Assembly: GCF_021869535.1 (NCBI RefSeq)
Contig: NW_026262648.1
Location: forward strand, 1,922,001-1,986,000
Reading direction: 5' to 3'
DNA: 64,000 bases
DNA from: Mytilus californianus
Lineage: Eukaryota
Shown here one piece after another: positions 49,078-62,554 of the stretch. How positions within the stretch are numbered: the stretch's first letter is position 1; every line of letters starts with the position of its first letter. The position numbers were made by a program, and so were the translations under genes. The notes beneath the pieces are model-generated. The model made no database searches and had not been told where the DNA came from. It saw only the letters and a program-made list of their open reading frames with translations.

Positions 49078-50504
49078 TATAACTGTTAAATTTTAACAAA
49101 ACTGATAGTTGTCTGTAAAAATGTCTACTGAATCGTCAGTTCCGGTCTTACGTTGATATTTTTGTATATTTTCGCCACGTCGATCTATTATATCCAGTTG
49201 ATTTTATTGAATTTGAGATAAAAAGACAAATTGTTATATTATTGACTCGAGTGATAGATTTCGTAGCAACAGCTTGTGTGTAAAAGGTTTGAAAGAGACT
49301 TAATTTTATCAGTCAATGTGTGTCGCTCAGGTTGTAACCAGTATACATTTAAATCAATTAATTGTGATTGTCTAAAAATATTTCTATTTTGTAAGTGAGA
49401 ATTAAAAACATATCGTAAAACTATCGAATTCTCACATGTACGGATTGAAAAGAGGAATTTTTTTTTATCTATAATATATCAGTAATACTTTTAATAAAAT
49501 TTCGGACTTTTTTCATATAAGAGGCATCATGTATCGTATTGGAACTTAATAAAACTTTCGAAATATTTTATGTTTTTGTATTTTACAATGACAATGTCGG
49601 GCAAATTATGACAATATTTAACAAAAGTCTCAGTTGGCTGTTATAATCTGTTATTTGTTGCACACCATTTATACAATTCTTCAATGCACATGTGTCGCAC
49701 TAACACGATCTAACAAATACTTCAGCTAAAACTGGTGTTAGGGGCCATCTCAAACTTGTAGTCGGGATTGAGCTTTTGCTCTGTGTAGAAGACATCATAG
49801 TAACGTTGAGATGTAGAAAAGCCATAAAAAGTGTTGCTTGTTTGCTTTGTTGGTTTTTAAAAATTATTCACCAAATCCTGTGTTTTCCTTTTATTGATGC
49901 AGAGATGGAGGCCTACCAGAGATATAAATCAAGCAATTTATCTTTTAAATTGGAATCGTTTTTCCTCAGAAAGCCATGCATGTTTGGAACGGTCGGGTGT
50001 TCGTTACTTTAATTATTACTTTTAAACAATATCTAACATCAGTTTGAATAATGAGTTTCTAAAGTCAACATCAATTTACAGCAACATCTGGTTCTTTTTA
50101 AAGTTTGATAAACACAATTTCATGAATTCATAAGCATTTTGAATTTGTTATTTGATAAGCATTATCTACACGGTCAACTTATACTTCTGCTGAAATAGAT
50201 TAAACCGATCGAGTTATCTCTCATTGAACATGAAACTTGAGGACAATCCGGCCTAATATTCAGGCTTCACAATTTTGTCAGACCCCATCATAATGTTCTG
50301 CAAATTGTATTTTAGTGAATTAAAAAAAGAATGAAATAATGAAAAAAAAATCCAATTATGATCCCCAATAATCTGTTTTGATTACTCCCATATTTATCTA
50401 ATCCTGATTTCTATACAAGATACAAGATACAAGATATTTTATTAACCTATCATGGTGCCCAAAATTTTAGCTATACAATCAAATAAATTACAAAATAAAG
50501 CACA

Positions 50505-52850
50505 AGACAGACAAGACAAGACAAGACAATACTTTATTAAAGTCTCACCACTTGTTACATATGAAATATACAGCATATTAAAACACAAGTAAACAGCAAG
50601 GGCCCTTCTATAAAGAGTTATGAGAGACTATAAAACTATTTTTCTTAAATTATAATACAAATACAAGTCAACTATCATGAGTATAAAATACATTTTCGCT
50701 TTATCAAAATTCCATTGCAGATTTTGGCAGCATAAAATACCATATTTTCATTTATAAAATGAAATATCAATTTTTCATTATCAGACATATGCAAAAAATT
50801 CTCATCAACAATTATAATACTAGCATGATTAAAAATAGCATTACGAAATATGAATAGACAGGACAGTTTAACAAAACATGTTTTCATCTTCAACGTCACC
50901 AGTACAGTTAAAACATACTCTATTTTCAATATCAATATTTTCTAAACGACCAGTTTCAATTCTGATGGGTGCTACACCACATCTAAATTTGGCTATTTAA
51001 ACTGTATATTGAAAATCAAATAATTTTCTACACCATATACATTTTTGAACATTCTATATGTTCGTAATTTATTTTTATCATTTGACATAATTTTGTCATA
51101 CCATTCTTCCTTAAATTTTTCAAAAGATACATTTTCGATATTCTTAATTAAATCCTTGTTCAAAATAGCACCATTGCTCAAATATTCCATATCAAGTTCT
51201 TTAAACTTATTTTTTACTCTAAAATGCCAATTTGTTACTCTTTTACATGTGTAAACCCCATATATACATCTTGTCCAATTTCTAAAAACACTAGTTCACT
51301 GTTTGATTTTGCATGGCATCCAGTCCATGTCACCATACAAAGACACATTAGGTGTGTATTTTCCTACACCTATGAAAAAACTCATGGCTCTATTTTTTAT
51401 TCTATTTATACATTAAAAATCACGTGTTCCCCATATAGAGGCACCATAATCTATTACAGACTATACAAGCGTATCAAACAATTTTGTAAATATACAATAC
51501 TGAAAACCACCGTTAGCTTTACATTTAGATATCAACAAACCCAACGATCTACTAGCGGCTTTAGCAACTGCTTTTGCCATATTATCATAGCTTAAATGCC
51601 CAGTAAACAATAAACCTAAATATGTGTATAGGGAAACAATATCAATATTGTTACCATTAAACAAAAATGGAAAATTTGATCTAGATACAGACTGTGTTCT
51701 AAAATGTTCTATTTTAGATTTATCTAAATTAACAGTAAGGTCATTAGTACAACACCACACATTAAAAACATCTAATATTTTTATAAATCACTCTCATTCT
51801 CAGTAATAAATACAAGATCATCTGCACATAACAACATGCTAACTTTATGATTTTCAATGTCTATACCTATGTTTAATGTCTTAACCTCATCAACAAGATT
51901 GTGTATATAGATATATAATAATAGAGACGAAAGGATACACCCTTGTTTTAGACCACAATTTACATCAAACCAATCCGTTAAGTTACCATTTACTTTAACA
52001 TTAGAGTGTACATTATTATAAAGAGAATAAAGTGACTGCAAAATTTTTGAGCTAATACCAATTGATTTTAATTTACAAAATAATAAATTTTTATTTATCC
52101 AATAGTAAGCTTTTTTGAAGTCAATGAATGCCACATATGTTGATTGTTTACGAAGTTTTCTAGTTTCTATAATAGTAGACAGTGTACTTAGATGGTCGAC
52201 AGTACTACGACCTTTTCTAAAACTGTTTTGTTCGTCACATAGGAAGTCAATATCATCAAGCTTATACGTTAGTCGTACTCCACGGTACAGTTTGTAGGAA
52301 ACTGGGGCTAAAGTAATACCACGGTACGACAAAGGATCCATCGGATCTGATGTTGAGCTTTTCGGAATAGGCGTTATAATCCCTTTTGACCACATTAATG
52401 AAACTTTACCAGAGTCAAAACAAATATTGAATACTAGTATACTACAGTTAGTGCATTTAACATAGTTTGGTTCTTATAAATTCAACTGGTATTTCGCCAT
52501 ATCCAGGTGATTTACCGTTTTTGAACATTTTAAACCATTAAATACCGGTACTTCTTCAACAGATATTTCATATCTAACATATCATCATATAAAACATCTA
52601 CATCATTTTCACAGATATTTACATCACTATCATTATTTTTATCAAACATATCATAATATTCCATTTATTTAAAAGACTTCATCTTTATCACTAGAAATTA
52701 GACCATTATCTAACTTTACTTCCATGGGAATATAATTTTGGCGCTCACTACCTACACCAATTTTTCTAATTTTTCGCCAAAACTCTTTTGGATTTCCACA
52801 CAGCATTTAAAATGATTAGAATGATTAGAGTGATTAAAGTACATTTAGAC
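50505..52850 (-). mobile_element. Decayed non-LTR retrotransposon (RT plus C-terminal Cys/His knuckle), (TCTTG)n tail
   Basis: PIPK...YRGITL...DFKKAY...GLKQGCILS...CADD; KLRTYRMFK...IETGR...EDENH; AATAAA before the tail. Confidence 0.88.
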
Positions 52851-53034
52851 AAAAACATGTATACACATTTAAACAGAGTAACATAATTATAAACAATGTC
52901 ATTGACAAAACATGAAGTCATTTTGGAATCCACTGTGACCTGGAGAAATCAATTAATCAATTTATAGACATAGGCCTATGGGAGACAAACTCCTGGTCGA
53001 CTTTTTATTTTTCTATCTTCAAACTACATTGATA

Positions 53035-54166
53035 TGTAGGACTCTAAAGTGCGATGGTACTCTAAAGTGCGATGGTCACGCTAAAGTGCGATGGTCTACG
53101 CAAAAGTGCGATGGTTTCAGACGCTAAAGTGCGATGGTTGTTTGTTTTTTTAAGTGCGATCAGATGACACGCTAAAATGCGATGGTATACATGACACGCT
53201 AAAGAGCGTTGGTTTAACACGCTTTTAAAAGTGCGATGGTGTAACGAGAATGGGGTTCAGGCAATGGTTTATGTTTTTTGCTGTGTTCATATTAGTTTTT
53301 CGTCTATTGTATTGTTTATAAATCATGCTGTTGTCTTTCTCTTTTGAATTGTTTTACATTAGTCGTTTCGTGGTCCTATATAGCTTCCATGCGACGTAAG
53401 CCAAGCCTCCACGTTGAAGTTCATAATCTTGCTAAGTGCATATGGTCTTTGGTGGATAGTTGTTTGTTGACAATTACACCACAACTTCTTATTTGTTTTT
53501 TGTTTATTGTTTTCTATCTCTTTCACAGACATGACGAACCATATTGTAAAAAATTGTTTTATAAAATATTTCAATTAGAAAATTAAAAAGTAGCTTTTAT
53601 TTCACGCAAGTAAATAACATGGGATTAAAAACATAGAAGGAGTTTCTAAATCAAATTTGGACGAATTAAATACTTTGACACTTGGTGTATTTTGCCGTTT
53701 TCGCTCTCTTTTACGGTATACACCTTCCAATTACTATCGTCAGTTTCTAAGTTTATGAGAAGTATTCTTTTCCAGTATCCTGTCAAAAACCCGTGTGTCC
53801 CCGCCGACACAACGGGATCAAAGGTTTGCATTTCTGTTACTGTCGATGATTTTTTGGGAAATAACTCCTCCGCATACAAACTTTTCTAGCACCAACCAAA
53901 ATTGGAATCATTTGTTTTCGTGTCTAGTAAAAAAAACTTCATCTGCACAAACATTCTCGTTTACCCATGTCCATTTTTGTTTGTACAAACGGCGTGTAGA
54001 GTCATAATGCTATTTGTGGTTGCAAACGTCCATACTTTCAATAACAAACGCATTTTCGCGGAAAAACGCACTTTAGCGTATCGCAGCATCGGACTTTAGC
54101 GTGTTCCGTCGCACTTTAGCGTGACCATCGCGTTTTAGCGTCCCCATCGCACTTTAGAGTCCTACA
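53035..54166. mobile_element. TIR DNA element with subterminal AAAGTGCGATGG arrays
   Basis: TGTAGGACTCTAAAGTGCGATGG ... CCATCGCACTTTAGAGTCCTACA (23-bp perfect TIR). Confidence 0.88.
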
Positions 54167-54189
54167 AAAAGGGAGTGCAATAATTTAGA

Positions 54190-54480
54190 TAAACTTGAAG
54201 TAACAAACAAATCTTCAGATGAAAGAATCCAAACAAATTTCATTTCATCAGATAACTTTGAATTTTTTTTTTAATTTAGAATTTAAATTAGACAGATGTT
54301 GAGGTCTTGTATCTTTTAGAACAGGACATTTTAAATGAAAATGTAGTTCATCTTCAACTGCGTTCTTACATAGCTTACACTTTCTGTCTTCAGCTTTTAT
54401 ACCAATATACCTCCCTCTTTCAATTTCAAGGTCATAACAGCTAGTTCTAAATCTTGTAATTATTTTGCCTGTCTTTTTTT
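54190..54480 (-). mobile_element. LINE C-terminal knuckle fragment
   Basis: ITRFRTSCYDLEIERGRY...RKCKLC..AVEDELHF.LKCP. Confidence 0.75.
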
Positions 54481-54483
54481 TTA

Positions 54484-55573
54484 AGCTCACATGGCCCAAA
54501 GGGCCAAGTGAGCTGTTCTCATCACTTGGCGTCCGTCGTCGTCCACCGTCGTCTGTTAACTTTTACAAAAATCTTCTCCTTTGAAACTACTGGGCCAAAT
54601 TTAACCAAACTTGGCCACAATCATCATTGGAGTATCGTGTTTAAAAAAATGTGTCCGATGACCCCGCCTGCCAACCAAGATGGTCGACATGGCTAAAAAT
54701 AGAACATATGGGTAATACGCAAGTTGTGTCTATTATTTTGAAAACAGTTACAAATAGAGAAAATCTGACAGTTGCAAAAATGTTCAGAATGTTGAGCTCT
54801 ACCAATTGTCTATATACGTCAAAACTGTCAGACGACTTCTTGCAGTATTTATTGCCCTTTAATGACAAATATTACCATTTTTTTTAAATTTTTGCCTACT
54901 ATCTTGAAAATTATAATAGATAAAGAGAAACTTTAAATTGCAAAAATGATCATCAAGACAAGTTCTACAAACAAGTCAACATGGTCGAAATCGTCGACTC
55001 TTTTTTAGGGTTATTGCCCTTTGATAACAATTCTTACCATTTTTTTTGCGTTTTTTGCCTAATAACTTAAAAATTACAATAGATAGAGAGAAACTTAAAT
55101 AAGCAAAAATGATCAGCAGGACAAGATTTACAATTAAATTAAATGGAGGAAATCGTCCAACAACTCCTTATTGGAGTTATTGCCCTTTAATGACGATTTT
55201 CCTCTTTTTTTTTTGGGCGTTTTGCCTTATATGATAATAATTATAATAGATAAATAGACACTTTAAATCACAAAAATGATCAGCAAGTCAAGATCTACTA
55301 TCAAGTCAATATTTGCTAATATAGTTAGTAAACTGTCACTCTTTATATGAGTGATTACCCTTAAATGAGGATTTGTTTACCCTCTTTTGTGTTTTGAACA
55401 AAAACTAAAGAAGATAGATAAAAACTAAACAGAATAAATGATCAGCAAAACGAGATCAACAAAGCAGAGATTTTGTCATGAATTCTATTCTCGTCTACAA
55501 TGTTGGAGAGTGTCCTTTGTTGGATGTGCACATAGACCAATGTGAGCGACACATGCCTTTTAGAGCCTCTAGT
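54484..55573 (+). mobile_element. Helentron/HINE-like non-autonomous element with about 4 satellite monomers
   Basis: 5' T-run|AGCTCAC, CGTC microsatellite, 3' GTGAGCG plus short hairpin plus CTAGTT. Confidence 0.8.
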
Positions 55574-55599
55574 TGAATTTATTGTTAAATAATTTCAAA

Positions 55600-57005
55600 C
55601 ATAAAAATATTTTGAAGTTTTCTGTAAATTCTTGATTTTTTGTCCAACTGTATATTGGTACTCTTCCCAGAATTGCTTTCTGAACTAGCTATCCAAATTT
55701 CTTTAAAGTTTATAGTTAGAGAATTTTTTTATATATGGTTTTGTTTAACGTTTGATTGGTTTACAAATAGATAGTCTAAATCAAGGAATTTAAATATATT
55801 TTGAATGTTTCCTATCCAAGATTCCTGGTTAGATTTGTTCATAGAATGGATAGATTTGTGGCCTCCCATAGGATAATATTTGAAGGTTCAATTTCTTTCA
55901 TAAGATGAATCCAATATTTTATCATATTCATAATTACATAAAAAATAGTGTAGGGAGTGAACCTAGTTCCCCTCTATATGCCATATTTGATGTTTTTATG
56001 TTAACTCCAAGTGAAAATTTACAAAGCTTAGTATGGATTTTCTCTAATACAAGATAATCAGTTTCTTTTGATATAAAGTTATCCATATGTTTTTGTTTCT
56101 TATGTGGTATATAACACCAAATTTCAGATCCATACAACAAGATGGGTCGGATTATATGGTTATAAATATGTAATAAAGTACTAGGTTTTGGGCTTTCAAC
56201 TGAAAAGGTCTTCCTTATTTTGATATAAGCTTTTATTCCTTTATTATAAATTTTAAGTTCTTTCTTTGCCATTTGGCAGCTCCCAGATGCTGAAAAATTT
56301 AGTCCTAAGTATGTGTAGTTCTGTACACATTCTAAAATCTGGTTTCCAAGGATATTTTAGTATTTTTATGTCGTCCTGATTTGTTAAATACAAGAACCCT
56401 GGTCTTTATGGTGTTAACTGTCATTTTACAATCTACTGTAAATTCAAATGATTTATTAACACAATTTAGAAGTCCTTGCTCAGATGATGATAAAAGAACT
56501 ACATCATCAAAATATTTAAGGGGTGTGTGTTCAATAGGATTGGGTCTCATGTTTGATCAAAATAGGTTGGCACATCATTTAAATATATTTTAAAGAGGCA
56601 GGGACTAAGATTATCTCCTTGTCTTACTCCTATATTTGATTAAAATAGGTTTGTCCTGTGTTGGTCTATTTTTACACAGGTTTCTGTGTTTCCAATTACA
56701 TACATTTAATAAGGTCATAAATCTTTGTTCCAACACCTATACATTTAAGTATATAAAAAAGGTGGTGATGTGGAACAGAATCAAATGCACGCTTAAAATC
56801 TACAAAGCATGCATATAGAGGCTTCAAATTATTTTTCACAAATATTTGAATGATGGTATCACGCGAATGTCTGATGCTGGCATGAAGATGCAAATGTCTG
56901 ATTCTGGCATGAAGATGCGAACGTCTGATGCTGGCATGAAGATGCGAATGTCTGATGCTGGCATGAAGATGCGAATGTCTGATGCTGGCATGAAGATGCA
57001 AATGC
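55600..57005 (-). mobile_element. Decayed LINE RT fragment with a 27-bp x5 repeat at its 5' end
   Basis: YACFVDFKRAFDSV, YFDDVVLLS, PILLYGSEIW...AYRGELG. Confidence 0.8.
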
Positions 57006-57784
57006 TGGTAGCTTTGTTTAATTGACTTGTAAGAATGCCCGCGATTTTTTGTATTTCCTACTCTTTTTTTTCAAATGACAGCCACGAATAGCAATACTTA
57101 GCTAGTACTGATATATTAGATCTACAAGAAACAAGCGTCATTGTTGTATGTTTTTTTTAACAAACATGAAACTAGATATTTCCTATATTGATTTGCAAAG
57201 CTGAAGGTCTTACATTGTAAGTATACATGTATTTGTATTATATATTTTTCTTTTGGCTTTCTGCTTCCATTTATATTTTGCCGCTTACTATATTATATAT
57301 GTTATTGATGCTATAGCATTTTCTTATATGCTGATCATAAAATAAACTTATTACAAGCCTTTGTTTTCATCTGACTCGAATCGATTTCCCCTAACCAGAA
57401 GGCGGTAACTTTGATTTCATTTTCTTAAATTGCAGTATTAAAAAATCACGAGATTATAGTCCAGACGTTGAACATATCTTTATTTCAAAAAGCTAACCGA
57501 TAGCAACCAGAGATAGTACTTGATTTTTACGAATCGGTCTTTTCTAAAACTATACTCATTCTTAAATTGAAGTTGTAAAAACAGACAACTTACTCAATGA
57601 TTTGACAACGAGCAAAAAGGCTTCACATTGTGTCAGGCGTCTGATATTTTACGATATTTATACGCAGAAAACACGATAATTATGTATTGTACTGAAAATA
57701 TATATATAAGTACGTCTGAACCAGTGACGACTCTACAACAGATTTTATCCATCGGATCACCAGTGATGGTGATACAAGGTTGAA

Positions 57785-58548
57785 ATAAAATTGAGAATGG
57801 AAATGGGGAATATGTCAAAGAGACAACAACCCGACCAAAGAGCAGATAACACCCGAAGGCCATCAATGGGTCTTCAACGCAGCGAGAACATCCCGCACCC
57901 GGAGGTGGTCCTCAGCTGGCCCCTAAATAAAATTGTGTACTGGTTCAGTGAAAATGGACGTCACACTAAACTCCAAAACATATAGATGAACTAAAATTAA
58001 AAAACATACAAGACTAACAAAGGCCAGAGGCTCCTGACTTAGGACAGGCACAAAAATGCGGCGGGGTTAAACATGTTTTGTGAGATCTCAACCCTCCCCC
58101 TAAACCTCTAGCCAATGAAGAATAAAGAAACACATAGCAATACCCACAGTAAAACTCAGTTTAAAAGAAGTCCGAGTCCCATGTCAGAATAGGTAACAAA
58201 AGAAACTAAGCAAAATGACAATGATACATAAATTAACAAAGGACTATACTAGCAGTTACTGACATGCCAGCTCCAGACCTCAATTAAACTGATTGAAAGA
58301 TTATGTCTCCATCATATGAAAATCAGGTACAATCCCTCCCGTTAGGGGTTTAGTATTATACCATCATAAAATATATGAGAAGAATATAACCCGTATCATG
58401 CCAACAACTGGTTTTAGAATAAATGTGTTTATTTCCGATGCAAAGACCCTATGAGTGAATCAATATTAATACTAAAATATACAATCCTTAATGATCTGAC
58501 AACAGTATCGTAACTATATCCCTTCCGAATAAGTCTGTTTAAAGGTTT
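57785..58548 (-). mobile_element. Penelope-like family A, 3' fragment abutting a SINE
   Basis: KPLNRLIRKGYSYDTVVRSL...IDSLIGSLHRK* plus 3' UTR. Confidence 0.88.
58307..58382 (-). ncRNA. SECIS-like element, family A copy
   Basis: ATGA T GGTATAATACT AAA CCCCTAACGGGA GGGATTGTACC TGAT. Confidence 0.7.
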
Positions 58549-58890
58549 GGAAACACATTCTGTATATATAATTCGTCTAAATAACAGCCCAACAATGTTA
58601 GATCTGTAAATTTGTGTTAGCAAATTTTTTGTTCTTCCCTGGCCGGGATTCGAACTCACGTTTATGAGATATCGTGGCACCAAATCGCCTTGCACTGTGC
58701 CCGACGCGCTAGACCACACGACCACCTAGGCTCTATTCTAGAGTATAATTACTCTAAATATCAGCACAACAATGTTAAATCTGCAAATTTGCGGAAGCAT
58801 ATTTTTATTCTTCCCTCGCCGGGATTCGAACTCATGCTATTGGTATATCGTGACAACACCGCCTGCACTGTGTCCAGCGCTCTAGACCAC
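58549..58890 (-). mobile_element. Two tandem tRNA-derived SINE copies (58549-58735 and 58763-58890)
   Basis: A-box GTGGTCTAG and B-box GTTCGAATCC in both copies. Confidence 0.8.
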
Positions 58891-58964
58891 GTAGATATTA
58901 TACTATTCGTTGCCTAGATCTGTGTATGTTTAATCGTATAAAACAAAAGATGACAAAGTTAAAA

Positions 58965-61780
58965 AACAAAATTTCAATTTTTCAATTTCAATTTTCAAAT
59001 TCTTTATTTAACCTCAGACACATTAAGTGTACAAGAGGAAATATAAACTAACATTGTATACATAAATGATGGCAGGCGAGACTGACAAAATACAGAGAAA
59101 ATACAGTAAAATAGAACATATGATATCATGCTTCAACACACTATTGAAATTCATTCTGATACATGGTTTTTCTAAAAATACTTCGAGATTTTTTTTTCAG
59201 GAACAATGACAGGTTTTTGTGTAGTCGAACATGACATAAAGATAACATATTTTTTTTATTTTTATCTCACTTGGATTTGTACTATAGTAACTAGGTACAT
59301 ATGTTTTTCTAAGTTTTACAAATGGTGGAAATACACATTGGAATAAATAATGAAATTCATTCCCGATTCCGTTTTTGCAAAGGTTACAAATTCTATTCTC
59401 TTTAGGTATCCCGGCCCATCTTCCAGTTTCTATAGAAAATCTAATATTTGCACATCTCAATTTAGTAATGAATACCCTTTCATATTATTTCTAATATTTT
59501 TCCAATTCAAACTTGTTTTTGAATAGAGAATAGAATTCTCCATTTGAAGAATTCTGAATCTGCGATACCCAATGCTGAATGAATTGATCGGTTAGTCTTT
59601 GTCTTAATATATTTAATTTAAGCTGGTTTTTATCCATATGTACTTGGTTACTCCAAACAAAACTCAATCCACATTCGTCCAAAGTAGATTTTATGTACGA
59701 AATCCATTTGAACTTTTTAGGACTAGTTTTATGTAATCCAAACATTAATTTATACACAATTGTTGATAATTTATGATCATTTATCAATAAATTATTCCAA
59801 AAAGACAACATTTTTTGTTTTATTACATTTTCTAAAGGATATCTCCCAGTTTCACCATAAACAATGTAGTTAGGTGTGGTGTTTCTAAGTTTCAGATATT
59901 TTTTGAAAAATTGAAGATGCATTTTTCTATACAACTTTTATTTTCCAAACCCCATACTTTAGCTAAATATAACAAAACTGGAACAACAAGACAATCAAAA
60001 AGTTTAAATTTTAAATCAATAGGTATACTGATATTTTGTATTTTATAGAATAAGGCATAAAGTGCCTTCTGAGCTTGATCCTTGTTATTTCTTTCTAGCA
60101 GTTGGAAAAGTTCCATTGTAATTAAACATGACCCCTAAGTATGAATATGAATCCACTGTTTCTATAATTTGATCATTAATCTTAAATGCATTACAATTCT
60201 TTCTTTTACTAAAAACCACTACCTTTGTTTTACCAATGTTAACATTTAGTTTCCATATATTACAATATTTCTCAAATGATTCCAAAGCTTTTTGTAAACC
60301 TTCAGGCGTTTCAGACATGATGACAGTGTTGTCAGCATACAATATCAAGAACAGTTTCATATAAAGCAATAATTTTTCTAAGCATAAATCTGAGATATTT
60401 TCTAGACAGTCTACATTATTATCCACATAAAAGTCTTCTAGGTCGTTCAGATAAATTGAAAACAAAAATGGTGACAAGTTTTCTCCTTGTATCACACCAA
60501 TCTCACAGTTGAATATGTCCGAGTACTCTTTACCAAGTTTGACTCGTGTCTTTACATTTTGGTACATATTATGAATAACAGTTAAAATTTTACCCCTGAT
60601 ACCAGATTTTTGCAATTTATTCCACAGCCCAGTCTCCAAATGGTGTCAAAAGCAGACTTAAAATCAACAAATGTACAATAAAGTTTCCCGCCTAATGAAA
60701 AGTAAATAATGACTAGGGCGTACAAGACAAATATGTTATCAATAGTTGAGTGTCCTTTACGAAAACCAGCCTGTGAACTTGGAATAAGGGAGATACAATC
60801 TGATAGTTTACCAAGTTTATATTTAGGATAGACGAAAATAATTTGCTGAAACAAGAATTTAAGGTAATACCCTTGTACAATTTGGGTCCGACCTTGTACC
60901 CTTGTTTTTGAATATTGGCACTAATATTCCAGCATCCCATTTTTCTGGTATTACTCCAGAATCAAAAATTAAGTTAAATAATTTAACATATACAGGCATA
61001 AGAGTGTTAACAGTACTCTTTATATATTCATTCAAGACACCATCATCACTACTTGATTTATTATTTTTCAAATTACTAATAGCGAGTTTAATTTCTTCTT
61101 CGATTATAATACCATTAAGGATATAATTAATGTTTTCTGGTATAATATCATTATCAAAAACGAAATCTCCAGGATTTTCTTCTGCCTCATCGTTTTTGTT
61201 TAACTCCCTAAAATGTTCATACAAAGATTCAATAGAAATATCATTTATATTATCTGTTTTTGAATTGCGGAAATTATTTAAAAATCTTCCAAAAAGATTT
61301 GTTATCACTTTTAGAAAGGTTCAAAAGATCGTCTGCAATCTTTTGCTGATATTTCTTGTAAGCAATGTTTAATTTGTTTTTATATTTTTTGCTAGATTCA
61401 ATCATCAATCTTCTATTTTCGGCATTCTTGACAAAACTATACCTCTTGTGTGCTTTTATGAAAACCCTTTCTGTTTATTGCACATAAATTATTAAACCAG
61501 GGTTTAGAATCATCTTGTTTTTTAAACTTTTTTCTCTTTTTAACTTTGCTGAAAGTTTCTATAGCTGCATTATGAAAATTTTGGACTATTGTATCAACAA
61601 TACATCAATATCATTCTGACGTACTTCATCACATGATGAAAGATTTTCTATACTAATTAATACATGAGCCAATATAGCCTCACTATCTGTTTGAATACAA
61701 TTTACAAATTCTGAACTACGATTCGAAGTGCACCTTGTTTGAAAACCCAATTGAAAAGTATATCTAGTACATGATCTTGT
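58965..61780 (-). mobile_element. Decayed non-LTR retrotransposon (RT plus knuckle), (GAAATT)n-like tail
   Basis: LKNNKS...PIFKNKG...QAGFRKGHSTIDNIF...DFKSAFD...GVIQGENLSP.LF...YADN; IETGRW...RICNLC...EFHYLFQC. Confidence 0.9.
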
Positions 61781-62515
61781 TAGTAGATCGATTAGAATAC
61801 AAAATAATTATATTTTTATGAAATAATGACTTCATTTTGGTTCTTTAACACTTGAATTATGTTTTTTTAATTGTTCATATGTACCTTTGTCATTTTTGTT
61901 TTATATATATAATATATATTCATAAAGATTGTTAAAGTTATGCACTATGTAAAATTCAAGTTTCGTGTCCATCAAATAATGTTTGAAAAGGGGTCGATAA
62001 ATTTGGATTTTAAGTACTTGGATATTCACTCAGTCCACTTGGTAGTCAGTAATGTCAAATTGAAAGACAGACTGGTTTTGTTGTTTTACTTCAGTTTTCT
62101 CAACCGACATAATTCCGTTTTCCTCACACAAATATATACTATTAAGCTGTTGAAATATCTGGAATAATTTGATGTGAATAGAGAATTTGCAGACAGACCC
62201 TTGCTATTTGATGACAATTAAAATTAATTCCACAGTTAATAAATACGCAACGTGTAAATAGGTTTGTAGAAATCAAGTTAAAAGTCTTCATTATTGAAGT
62301 GTTGTTTTACTGGTCAGGTCATAATAAATATTTTTTTTTATTTAACGCACATCACCATTTACAAATTACTGGAACCAATACTGAGTTATTAGAGTATTAT
62401 TCCCACAAATTATTATAAATGACCATCTTTATAGTGGTCTATAGTCATATAAACAAATTAAATGTTTGTGACAAAAACACACATATATATATATATATAT
62501 CAATCCAAAATAGAG

Positions 62516-62554
62516 CAAGGATTTGTATAGTAAGACTTACTATACAAATCCTTG
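62516..62554. repeat. Palindrome with 19-bp arms and 1-nt spacer, flanked by AATAGAG direct repeats
   Basis: CAAGGATTTGTATAGTAAG A CTTACTATACAAATCCTTG. Confidence 0.9.

Noticed and set aside
58549-58890. True tRNA genes or CRISPR-like arrays
   Set aside because: Heads do not form full cloverleaves and continue into SINE bodies; no array has unique spacers, and the DNA is eukaryotic
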